DNA of 6,413 nucleotides from a virus (Duplodnaviria; Heunggongvirae; Uroviricota; Caudoviricetes): IMG/VR virus record IMGVR_UViG_2534682295_000008; one strand, 5' to 3'. Shown piece by piece: positions 1 to 6,413 of this stretch (position 1 is its first letter; each line of letters starts with the position of its first letter). The notes under the pieces were generated by a model. It saw only the letters and a program-made list of their open reading frames with translations, ran no database searches and was not told where the DNA came from. The position numbers and the translations under genes were made by a program.

Positions 1-317
1 ACGCTGAAAAATTTCCTGAACCTTTCAGATCAAGAGCGATGTTAATTTGTTCAATCATCTGGTTTGGAAATCGGATGTTGCGGGTTGTTGTTCTGCGGGT
101 TCTGTTCTTCGATGACATAATGTTGCCCCATATTCAGTGTCGCTGATTTGTATTGTCTGAAGTTGTTTTTACGTTAAGTTGATGCAGATCAATTAATACG
201 ATACCTGCGTCATAATTAATTATTTGACGTGGTTTGATGGCGTAGATGCACGTTGTGACATGTAGATGATAATTATTATCATTTTGCGGGTCCTTTCCGG
301 CGATCCGACAGGTTACG
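1..317 (+). other. Non-coding genome right-end region upstream of cosN (cosQ-containing region by analogy with lambda); no convincing ORF
   Basis: From about 107 to 317 the sequence closely follows the right-terminal non-coding sequence of phage lambda as I recall it, ending in cgatccgacaggttacg immediately before the cohesive end. It is AT-rich and has no long ORF on the + strand. The exact cosQ position is not determined. Confidence 0.6.
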
Positions 318-329
318 GGGCGGCGACCT
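318..329 (+). other. cosN: cosN: 12-nt cohesive-end sequence GGGCGGCGACCT (terminase nicking site)
   Basis: Exact match to the lambda left cohesive end, flanked by ...caggttacg on the left and cgcgggttttcgctatttatgaaaattttccgg on the right, as at the lambda cos junction. A terminase operon begins about 180 bp downstream. Confidence 0.85.
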
Positions 330-366
330 CGCGGGTTTTCGCTATTTATGAAAATTTTCCGGGATC

Positions 367-377
367 CATGTCCGGTT
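367..377 (-). repeat. cosB R3-like element: inverted copy of AACCGGACATG (candidate small-terminase binding site)
   Basis: catgtccggtt at 367..377 is the reverse complement of the aaccggacatg core found at 426..436 and 456..466. It lies about 50 bp from the cohesive end, the position R3 occupies in lambda cosB. Confidence 0.6.
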
Positions 378-420
378 TCTCTTCAAGTTAACTATATGAA
401 AAATATAAAAACAGGTCTTC

Positions 421-436
421 TGTGAACCGGACATGA
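421..436 (+). repeat. cosB R2-like element tgtgAACCGGACATGa (candidate small-terminase binding site)
   Basis: 15 of 16 positions identical to 451..466. Direct repeat spaced 30 bp from the next copy, between cosN and the small-terminase start. Confidence 0.6.
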
Positions 437-450
437 ACAAAAAACAGACA

Positions 451-466
451 TGTAAACCGGACATGA
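451..466 (+). repeat. cosB R1-like element tgtaAACCGGACATGa (candidate small-terminase binding site)
   Basis: Second direct copy of the 16-mer, about 47 bp upstream of the Nu1-like start codon. Confidence 0.6.
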
Positions 467-512
467 CCGGTTTTGTTGTGATTGTGAGGTGAGAGTTTTT
501 GCGAGGTGAGGA

Positions 513-1022
513 GTGGCTACGCAGACTGAAGTTGCCAGGCATTTAAGTCTGACCGATCGCCAGCTTCGCAGATTGCAGAAATTGCCGGGTGCCCCGATAT
601 CGAATAAGCGAGGGCAACTGGATCTGGATGCCTGGCGCGATTTTTACATATCGTATCTGAGGAGAAGTAAAAACGATGTGCCTGATGGCGATAGCGAAGA
701 CGACTATGAGGAGAAATTGCTTATTGCCAGATGGGAACTGACAGCAGAACAGGCTGTTACACAGCAGTTAAAAAATGAGGTGTCAAAAGGAAAACTGATT
801 GACACCGGGTTCTGTATTTTTGCCCTCAGTAAGCTGGCAATGGCGTTATCCAGTACGCTTGATTCCATCCCTTTATCCATGCAGCGACAGTTTCCTGATT
901 TAACACCGCGCCATCTTGACCATCTGAAAACCCTTATTGCTAAGGGGGCAAATCAGTGTGCGCGGGCAGGGGATAAATTACCGGATTTACTTGATGAATA
1001 TATCAGAGCAACAACTGAATAA
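513..1022 (+). CDS. nu1: Terminase small subunit (lambda gpNu1-like; N-terminal DNA-binding domain, cosB recognition)
   Basis: 169-aa ORF with GTG start at 513 directly after an in-frame stop, with GAGG a few nt upstream. The translation aligns with lambda gpNu1 along its length (for example TGFCIFALSKLAMALSSTLDSIPLSMQRQFPDL vs lambda TAFCTFVLSRIAGEIASILDGLPLSVQRRFPEL; C-terminal LLDEYI vs LLSEYI). It is the first gene after cos. Confidence 0.88.
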   Translation: MATQTEVARHLSLTDRQLRRLQKLPGAPISNKRGQLDLDAWRDFYISYLRRSKNDVPDGDSEDDYEEKLLIARWELTAEQAVTQQLKNEVSKGKLIDTGFCIFALSKLAMALSSTLDSIPLSMQRQFPDLTPRHLDHLKTLIAKGANQCARAGDKLPDLLDEYIRATTE

Positions 1023-2922
1023 TATGATGAGCGCTGTCACAACTGCATTACAGCCCCTGATAAGGGCATTGCCGGTGACGCCAGTTGAATGGGCTGATCA
1101 AAATTATTATCTGCCTAAAGAATCTTCATATGGTGAGGGCGAATGGAAAACGCTGCCATTCCAGATCGCCATCATGAACAGTATGGGGAATGATCAGATC
1201 CGCACTGTTAATCTGATTAAATCTGCCCGTGTTGGCTATACAAAGATGTTGCTGGGGGGGGGCGGGTATTTTATTGAGCATAAATCCCGAAACAGTCTGC
1301 TTTTTCAGCCCACGGATTCTGCCGCTGAAGATTTTATGAAGTCTCACGTGGAGGCGACGATTCGGAACGTGCCATGCCTGAAAGACCTTTCCCCATGGCT
1401 GGGTCGTAAACATCGTGACAATACTCTCACGCTGAAACGCTTTTCATCGGGCGTCGGTTTCTGGTGCCTGGGCGGCGCTGCCGCCAAAAACTACCGTGAA
1501 AAATCCGTTGACGTGGTCTGCTATGACGAACTTTCCTCGTTCGAGCCGGATGTCGAAAAAGAGGGCTCGCCAACCCTGCTGGGGGATAAGCGTATTGAGG
1601 GGTCGGTGTGGCCAAAATCCATTCGCGGCTCGACGCCTAAAATCAAAGGCACCTGCCAGATCGAAAAAGCCGCTAACGAGTCGGCGCATTTTATGCGTTT
1701 TTATGTGCCCTGCCCGCACTGTGGGGAGGCGCAGTATCTGAAATTTGGCGATGAGTCCACGCCTTTTGGGCTTAAATGGGAGAAGGACAGCCCTGAAAGT
1801 GTTTTCTACCTCTGTGAACATCATGGCTGCGTGATCCATCAGTCTGAACTGGACCAGAGCAACGGGCGGTGGATCTGTGAAAACACGGGCATGTGGACCC
1901 GTGACGGTCTGACGTTTTTCAGCGCCCGGGGTGATGAAATTCCGCCGCCGCGCTCCATCATGTTCCATATCTGGACGGCGTACAGTCCGTTCACCACCTG
2001 GGTACAGATTGTCTATGACTGGCTGGATGCACTGAAAGATCCCAACGGCCTGAAAACCTTTGTGAACACCACGCTGGGCGAGACCTGGGAAGAGGCCGTG
2101 GGCGAAAAACTCGATCACCAGGTACTGATGGATAAGGTGGTGCGTTACACGGCGGCGGTGCCTGCCCGGGTGGTTTATCTGACGGCGGGCATTGACTCGC
2201 AGCGAAACCGTTTTGAGATGTATGTCTGGGGATGGGCTCCGGGAGAGGAAGCCTTTCTGGTGGATAAAATCATCATTATGGGGCGTCCTGATGAGGAAGA
2301 GACGCTGTTACGTGTGGATGCGGCGATCAACAAAAAATACCGCCATGCGGATGGCACCGAAATGACTATTTCCCGTGTCTGCTGGGACACCGGGGGGATC
2401 GATGGTGAAATTGTTTATCAGAGATCAAAAAAACACGGTGTTTTCCGGGTGCTGCCGGTAAAAGGCGCATCTGTCTATGGCAAGCCGGTGATCACCATGC
2501 CAAAAACCCGCAATCAGCGGGGCGTGTATCTGTGTGAAGTGGGAACGGACACCGCAAAAGAAATTCTCTATGCCCGTATGAAAGCCGATCCCTCGCCTGC
2601 GGATGAAGCCACGTCGTATGCCATCCGTTTTCCTGATGATCCGGAGATTTTTTCGCAGACAGAGGCGCAGCAACTGGTGGCGGAAGAGCTGGTGGAGAAG
2701 TGGGAAAAAGGAAAGATGCGTCTGCTGTGGGATAACAAAAAGCGGCGTAACGAAGCGCTGGACTGCCTGGTGTATGCCTACGCGGCATTACGTGTGTCCG
2801 TGCAACGCTGGCAGCTTGATCTGGCTGTACTGGCAAAATCCCGGGAAGAAGAGACGACCCGGCCAACCCTGAAAGAACTGGCAGCGAAGCTGTCCGGAGG
2901 AGTGAATGGTTACAGTCGCTGA
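994..2922 (+). CDS. A: Terminase large subunit (lambda gpA-like; ATPase/translocase plus endonuclease)
   Basis: The track ORF is 937..2922 with a TTG start, but the lambda gpA N-terminus (MNIS...) aligns to the ATG at 994 (MNISEQQL...). Strong collinear similarity to gpA throughout: VEWADQNYYLPKES, KSARVGYTKMLL, FWCLGG.AKNYREKSVDV, GDKRIEGSVWPKSIRGSTPK, CPHCGE.QYLKFGD, FHIWTAYSPFTTWVQIV, KTFVNTTLGETWE, YLTAGIDSQ, CWDTGGID, SKKHG.FRV.P.KGASVYGKPV, WDNKKRRNEALDC. It overlaps the Nu1-like stop by 29 nt, as in lambda. Confidence 0.95.
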   Translation: MNISEQQLNNMMSAVTTALQPLIRALPVTPVEWADQNYYLPKESSYGEGEWKTLPFQIAIMNSMGNDQIRTVNLIKSARVGYTKMLLGGGGYFIEHKSRNSLLFQPTDSAAEDFMKSHVEATIRNVPCLKDLSPWLGRKHRDNTLTLKRFSSGVGFWCLGGAAAKNYREKSVDVVCYDELSSFEPDVEKEGSPTLLGDKRIEGSVWPKSIRGSTPKIKGTCQIEKAANESAHFMRFYVPCPHCGEAQYLKFGDESTPFGLKWEKDSPESVFYLCEHHGCVIHQSELDQSNGRWICENTGMWTRDGLTFFSARGDEIPPPRSIMFHIWTAYSPFTTWVQIVYDWLDALKDPNGLKTFVNTTLGETWEEAVGEKLDHQVLMDKVVRYTAAVPARVVYLTAGIDSQRNRFEMYVWGWAPGEEAFLVDKIIIMGRPDEEETLLRVDAAINKKYRHADGTEMTISRVCWDTGGIDGEIVYQRSKKHGVFRVLPVKGASVYGKPVITMPKTRNQRGVYLCEVGTDTAKEILYARMKADPSPADEATSYAIRFPDDPEIFSQTEAQQLVAEELVEKWEKGKMRLLWDNKKRRNEALDCLVYAYAALRVSVQRWQLDLAVLAKSREEETTRPTLKELAAKLSGGVNGYSR

Positions 2923-3112
2923 ACTGCAGGCGCTGCGTCAGGCGCGCCTTGATTTATTAACCGGTAAACGGGTGGTGTCTGTCCAGAAAGATGGTCGCAG
3001 AATTGAATATACGGCGGCTTCTCTGGATGAGCTTAACCGGGCGATCAATGATGCGGAGTCGGTACTGGGGACAACCCGGCGTCGCCGTCGTCCGCTGGGA
3101 GTGAGGTTATGA
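2906..3112 (+). CDS. W: Head-tail joining / head completion protein (lambda gpW-like)
   Basis: 68-aa ORF, the same length as lambda gpW, with the conserved core LLTGKRVVSVQKDGRRIEYTAAS (lambda [23 protein letters not shown]). GGAGG lies 5 nt upstream of the ATG. The start overlaps the end of the gpA-like gene. Confidence 0.9.
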   Translation: MVTVAELQALRQARLDLLTGKRVVSVQKDGRRIEYTAASLDELNRAINDAESVLGTTRRRRRPLGVRL

Positions 3113-4701
3113 AACGAACGCCTGTCCTGATTGATGTGAACGGCGTTCCGCTTCGTGAGAGTCTCAGCTACAACGGGGGCGGTGCAGGATTTGGCGGGCA
3201 AATGGCGGAGTGGTTGCCACCGGCGCAGAGTGCCGATGCGGCCCTGCTGCCCGCGTTGCGTCTGGGGAATGCCCGGGCAGATGATCTGGTGCGCAATAAC
3301 GGAATAGCGGCCAATGCGGTGGCACTGCATAAGGATCACATTGTCGGGCATATGTTTCTTATCAGCTACCGTCCGAACTGGCGCTGGCTGGGGATGCGGG
3401 AGACCGCAGCAAAAAGCTTTGTCGATGAGGTGGAGGCGGCCTGGTCGGAATACGCCGAAGGGATGTCTGGCGAGATCGACGTGGAAGGAAAACGCACGTT
3501 CACGGAATTTATCCGTGAAGGTGTGGGCGTTCATGCGTTTAACGGCGAAATCTTTGTGCAGCCGGTCTGGGATACGGAAACCACGCAGTTATTCCGTACG
3601 CGTTTTAAAGCCGTGAGTCCGAAACGGGTGGACACGCCAGGACACGGTATGGGGAACCGTTTTCTGCGGGCCGGGGTGGAGGTCGATCGATATGGCCGTG
3701 CCGTTGCGTACCATATCTGTGAGGATGATTTTCCTCGCTCCGGGAGTGGACGATGGGAACGGATCCCGCGTGAACTTCCCACCGGGCGTCCGGCCATGCT
3801 GCATATTTTCGAGCCGGTGGAGGACGGGCAGACCCGTGGGGCCAACCAGTTTTACAGCGTCATGGAACGGCTGAAGATGCTCGATTCCCTGCAGGCAACA
3901 CAGCTTCAGTCGGCCATTGTGAAAGCCATGTATGCAGCGACGATTGAAAGTGACCTTGATACCGAAAAGGCCTTTGAATATATCGCCGGTGCGCCGCAGG
4001 GGCAGAAGGATAATCCGCTTATTAATATTCTGGAGAAGTTCTCCAGCTGGTATGACACGAATAACGTGACGCTGGGTGGTGTCAAAATTCCGCACCTTTT
4101 CCCCGGGGATGATCTGAAACTACAGACTGCGCAGGATTCAGACAATGGATTTTCGGCGCTTGAACAGGCGCTGCTGCGGTATATCGCCGCCGGTCTTGGC
4201 GTTTCCTACGAACAGTTGTCCCGTGATTACTCGAAGGTCAGTTATTCAAGTGCCAGGGCCTCTGCCAATGAGTCGTGGCGCTATTTTATGGGGCGGCGAA
4301 AATTTATTGCGGCCCGGCTGGCCACGCAGATGTTTTCCTACTGGCTGGAAGAGGCACTTCTTCGGGGGATTATCCGTCCGCCACGGGCGCGTTTTGATTT
4401 TTATCAGGCGCGATCAGCCTGGTCACGGGCAGAGTGGATTGGTGCCGGAAGAATGGCCATTGACGGGCTCAAGGAGGTTCAGGAATCGGTGATGCGCATT
4501 GAGGCCGGACTGAGCACGTATGAGAAAGAGCCGGCGCTGATGGGCGAGGATTATCAGGACATTTTCCGCCAGCAGGTCAGGGAATCTGCAGAGCGGCAAA
4601 AAGCCGGACTCTCACGTCCGGTGTGGATAGCGCAGGCGTATCAGCAGCAGATAGCGGAGAGTCGCAGGCCGGAAGAGGAGACAACACCCCGTGAGACGTA
4701 A
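3109..4701 (+). CDS. B: Portal protein (lambda gpB-like)
   Basis: 530-aa ORF collinear with lambda gpB (533 aa): GNARADDLVRNNG, HAFNGE.FVQ, LFRT.F..VSPKR, FEPVEDGQTRGAN.FYSVME..KMLD.LQ.TQLQSAIVKAMYAATIES, NGFS..EQALLRYIAAGLGVSYEQLSR, SSARASANESW.YFMGRRKF, WIGAGRMAIDGLKEVQE.VM.IEAGLSTYEKE. The ATGA start/stop overlap with the gpW-like gene is at 3109..3112. Confidence 0.95.
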   Translation: MKRTPVLIDVNGVPLRESLSYNGGGAGFGGQMAEWLPPAQSADAALLPALRLGNARADDLVRNNGIAANAVALHKDHIVGHMFLISYRPNWRWLGMRETAAKSFVDEVEAAWSEYAEGMSGEIDVEGKRTFTEFIREGVGVHAFNGEIFVQPVWDTETTQLFRTRFKAVSPKRVDTPGHGMGNRFLRAGVEVDRYGRAVAYHICEDDFPRSGSGRWERIPRELPTGRPAMLHIFEPVEDGQTRGANQFYSVMERLKMLDSLQATQLQSAIVKAMYAATIESDLDTEKAFEYIAGAPQGQKDNPLINILEKFSSWYDTNNVTLGGVKIPHLFPGDDLKLQTAQDSDNGFSALEQALLRYIAAGLGVSYEQLSRDYSKVSYSSARASANESWRYFMGRRKFIAARLATQMFSYWLEEALLRGIIRPPRARFDFYQARSAWSRAEWIGAGRMAIDGLKEVQESVMRIEAGLSTYEKEPALMGEDYQDIFRQQVRESAERQKAGLSRPVWIAQAYQQQIAESRRPEEETTPRET

Positions 4702-6196
4702 TCTTTCACACATTATTGCCGCAGCATTCAATGAACCGCTGCTTCTGGAGCCCGCCTATGCGCGGGTTTTCTTTTGCGCGCTCGGGCGCGAGATGGGGGC
4801 AGCAAGTCTTTCGGTACCACAGCAGCAGGTACAGCTTGATGCTCCCGGAATGCTGGCTGAAACGGACGAGTACATGGCCGGAGGTAAACGACCGGCCCGT
4901 GTTTACCGGGTGGTGAACGGTATTGCTGTACTGCCGGTGACCGGCACGCTGGTGCACCGGCTGGGGGGTATGCGGCCATTTTCCGGAATGACAGGCTATG
5001 ACGGCATTGTCGCCTGTCTTCAGCAGGCAATGGCGGATAGCCAGGTGCGGGGCGTACTGCTGGACATTGACAGTCCGGGCGGGCAGGCCGCCGGCGCGTT
5101 TGACTGCGCTGACATGATTTACCGCCTCCGTCAGCAGAAGCCGGTCTGGGCACTGTGCAATGACACGGCCTGTTCTGCAGCCATGCTGCTGGCGTCGGCC
5201 TGCTCCCGACGGCTGGTTACCCAGACATCCCGTATCGGCTCCATTGGCGTGATGATGAGCCATGTCAGCTATGCCGGTCATCTGGCGCAGGCCGGTGTGG
5301 ATATCACGCTGATTTACTCAGGGGCGCACAAGGTGGATGGCAATCAGTTTGAAGCCTTACCGGCAGAGGTTCGCCAGAACATGCAGCAGCGCATTGATGC
5401 GGCGCGCCGGATGTTTGCCGAAAAAGTGGCCATGTTTACCGGTCTGTCTGTTGATGCCGTCACGGGAACAGAGGCCGCCGTTTTTGAAGGTCAGTCCGGC
5501 ATTGATGCCGGGCTGGCGGATGAATTAGTCAATGCGTCGGATGCCATCAGTGTGATGGCCACGGCGCTGAACAGTAATGTCAGAGGAGGCACTATGCCGC
5601 AATTAACTGCAACGGAAGCCGCCGCGCAGGAGAACCAGCGAGTGATGGGGATCCTGACATGCCAGGAAGCGAAAGGACGTGAACAGCTTGCCACGATGCT
5701 GGCAGGACAACAGGGCATGAGCGTTGAACAGGCCCGGGCGATTCTGGCCGCGGCGGCACCGCAGCAGCCGGTGGCATCCACGCAGAGTGAAGCCGATCGC
5801 ATTATGGCGTGTGAAGAAGCGAACGGTCGTGAACAACTGGCGGCAACGCTGGCGGCGATGCCGGAGATGACGGTGGAAAAAGCCCGCCCGATCCTGGCTG
5901 CTTCACCGCAGGCGGATGCCGGACCCTCACTCCGTGATCAGATCATGGCACTGGATGAGGCAAAAGGGGCTGAGGCGCAGGCTGAACAGCTGGCTGCCTG
6001 CCCGGGAATGACTGTGGAGAGCGCCCGGGCTGTGCTGGCTGCGGGATCAGGTAAGGCAGAACCGGTCTCTGCATCCACAACCGCCCTGTTTGAACGCATC
6101 ATGGCGAACCATTCACCGGCTGCGGTACAGGGTGGCGTGCCACAGACGTCAGCAGACGGTGATGCGGACGTGAAAATGCTCATGGCCATGCCATGA
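4691..6196 (+). CDS. C: Head maturation protease / scaffold fusion (lambda gpC-like, S49 ClpP-like serine peptidase N-terminal part; Nu3-like scaffold C-terminal part)
   Basis: 501-aa ORF with GTG start at 4691 and GAGGAG about 10 nt upstream. The N-terminus aligns to lambda gpC (AAFNEPLLLEPAYARVFFCAL vs MAFNEPLMLEPAYARVFFCAL). Peptidase core is conserved: NGIAVLPV.GTLV, GMTGY.GI...LQQA, GAFDCAD.I.R.R..KPVWAL.ND..CSA..LLASA.SRRLVTQT.R.GSIGVMM.H, ITLIYSG.HKVDGN, TGLSV, IDAGLADELVN. The C-terminal part contains three tandem copies of a scaffold-type repeat where lambda has one clear copy, so the ORF is about 60 aa longer than lambda gpC. Confidence 0.92.
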   Translation: MRRNLSHIIAAAFNEPLLLEPAYARVFFCALGREMGAASLSVPQQQVQLDAPGMLAETDEYMAGGKRPARVYRVVNGIAVLPVTGTLVHRLGGMRPFSGMTGYDGIVACLQQAMADSQVRGVLLDIDSPGGQAAGAFDCADMIYRLRQQKPVWALCNDTACSAAMLLASACSRRLVTQTSRIGSIGVMMSHVSYAGHLAQAGVDITLIYSGAHKVDGNQFEALPAEVRQNMQQRIDAARRMFAEKVAMFTGLSVDAVTGTEAAVFEGQSGIDAGLADELVNASDAISVMATALNSNVRGGTMPQLTATEAAAQENQRVMGILTCQEAKGREQLATMLAGQQGMSVEQARAILAAAAPQQPVASTQSEADRIMACEEANGREQLAATLAAMPEMTVEKARPILAASPQADAGPSLRDQIMALDEAKGAEAQAEQLAACPGMTVESARAVLAAGSGKAEPVSASTTALFERIMANHSPAAVQGGVPQTSADGDADVKMLMAMP

Positions 6197-6232
6197 AGTC
6201 AGTGCTGACCATCAACAGGAGGTTTTTACAAT

Positions 6233-6413
6233 ATGGTAACGAAAAACATCACTGAACAGCGTGCGGAAGTACGTATTTTTGCCGGTAATGATCCGGCTCA
6301 TACAGCCACAGGCAGCAGCGGGATTTCCTCGGCAACACCGGCACTGACGCCCCGGACGCGTAGTGGCCGGACGTTCAGCAGTTTGCGTTTTCGCCGTGTC
6401 ACGCGATGCATTG
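6233..6413 (+). CDS. D: Head decoration protein (lambda gpD-like), 5' portion only, running off the window; possible frameshift near 6353
   Basis: ATG at 6233 with AGGAGG (6217..6222) 10 nt upstream, about 36 nt after the gpC-like stop. N-terminal translation ...IFAGNDPAHTATGSSGISSATPALTP resembles lambda gpD ...[24 protein letters not shown]. After 6352 this frame becomes Arg-rich and unlike gpD, while the +1 frame (...SAVCVFAVSRDAL) resembles gp[14 protein letters not shown]. Not in the ORF track because it has no stop inside the window. Confidence 0.5.
   Translation, partial: MVTKNITEQRAEVRIFAGNDPAHTATGSSGISSATPALTPRTRSGRTFSSLRFRRVTRCI

Noticed and set aside
380-424. AT-rich spacer between the inverted and direct cosB repeats as an IHF (I1-like) site
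   Set aside because: The position fits lambda I1, but I could not find a clean match to the IHF consensus WATCAANNNNTTR on either strand. It is noted only as a possible bend site inside the cosB finding.
342-542. Minus-strand 66-aa ORF spanning the cosB region and the Nu1-like start
   Set aside because: It overlaps the repeat array and AT-rich packaging region, has no recognisable similarity or start context, and its location is taken by cos function.
937-993. TTG start at 937 extending the terminase large subunit by 19 codons (MLRGQISVRGQGINYRIYL)
   Set aside because: The lambda gpA N-terminus aligns to the ATG at 994 (MNIS...). The extension has no counterpart in gpA and lies entirely inside the Nu1-like gene in another frame.
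1496-5528. Plus-strand alternate-frame ORFs nested in the large genes (1496..1741, 2603..2872, 3314..3616, 3692..3874, 4145..4492, 4716..4916, 5337..5528)
   Set aside because: They are out of frame with well-supported genes, basic and low-complexity in composition, and lack ribosome-binding sites. They are most likely frame-shadow ORFs.
1126-5836. Many minus-strand ORFs of 61-224 aa inside the terminase, portal and gpC genes (for example 1444..2118, 2938..3534, 3589..4095, 4706..5281, 5491..5802)
   Set aside because: All lie antisense to + strand genes with strong collinear similarity to lambda head proteins. Their translations are Arg/Pro/Gly-rich and low-complexity, as expected for chance ORFs in GC-rich antisense sequence, and none has a convincing start context.
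362-6361. GGATCC at 362..367 (the point where lambda identity ends) and ACGCGT at 6356..6361 (the gpD frameshift junction) as possible cloning junctions of an engineered construct
   Set aside because: Six-bp sites are expected by chance at this frequency, and the flanking genes are naturally diverged from lambda throughout and not lambda-identical vector sequence. There is no vector backbone or other sign of engineering in the window.
1-6413. Search for defence systems, toxin-antitoxin pairs, moron cargo genes, tRNAs or CRISPR repeats
   Set aside because: Apart from the cos region, the whole window is occupied by collinear lambda-type packaging and head genes with no intergenic gaps. No insertion, short direct-repeat array or tRNA-like structure was seen.

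Overview
This window is the DNA-packaging and head-morphogenesis module of a lambda-like (lambdoid) enterobacterial phage or prophage, read left to right in lambda late-operon order. It opens with the genome right-end non-coding region and a complete cos site (cosN 318..329, followed by a cosB-like cluster of three 11-bp repeats). Five co-directional, translationally overlapping genes follow: terminase small subunit (Nu1-like, 513..1022), terminase large subunit (gpA-like, 994..2922), head-tail joining protein (gpW-like, 2906..3112), portal (gpB-like, 3109..4701) and the head protease/scaffold fusion (gpC/Nu3-like, 4691..6196). The window ends in the 5' part of a gpD-like decoration gene (6233..end). 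All calls rest on reading the supplied translations and raw sequence against phage lambda proteins and end sequences recalled from memory; no search was run. I do not see a defence system, toxin or foreign cargo here. The points worth checking are: a mosaic cos site (lambda-identical cosN with non-lambda cosB repeats and a diverged small terminase), a triplicated scaffold-type repeat that lengthens gpC, a candidate internal Nu3-like start with a near-perfect Shine-Dalgarno, a G9 homopolymer inside the terminase ATPase region, and an apparent frameshift or deletion in the gpD-like gene at the 3' edge.
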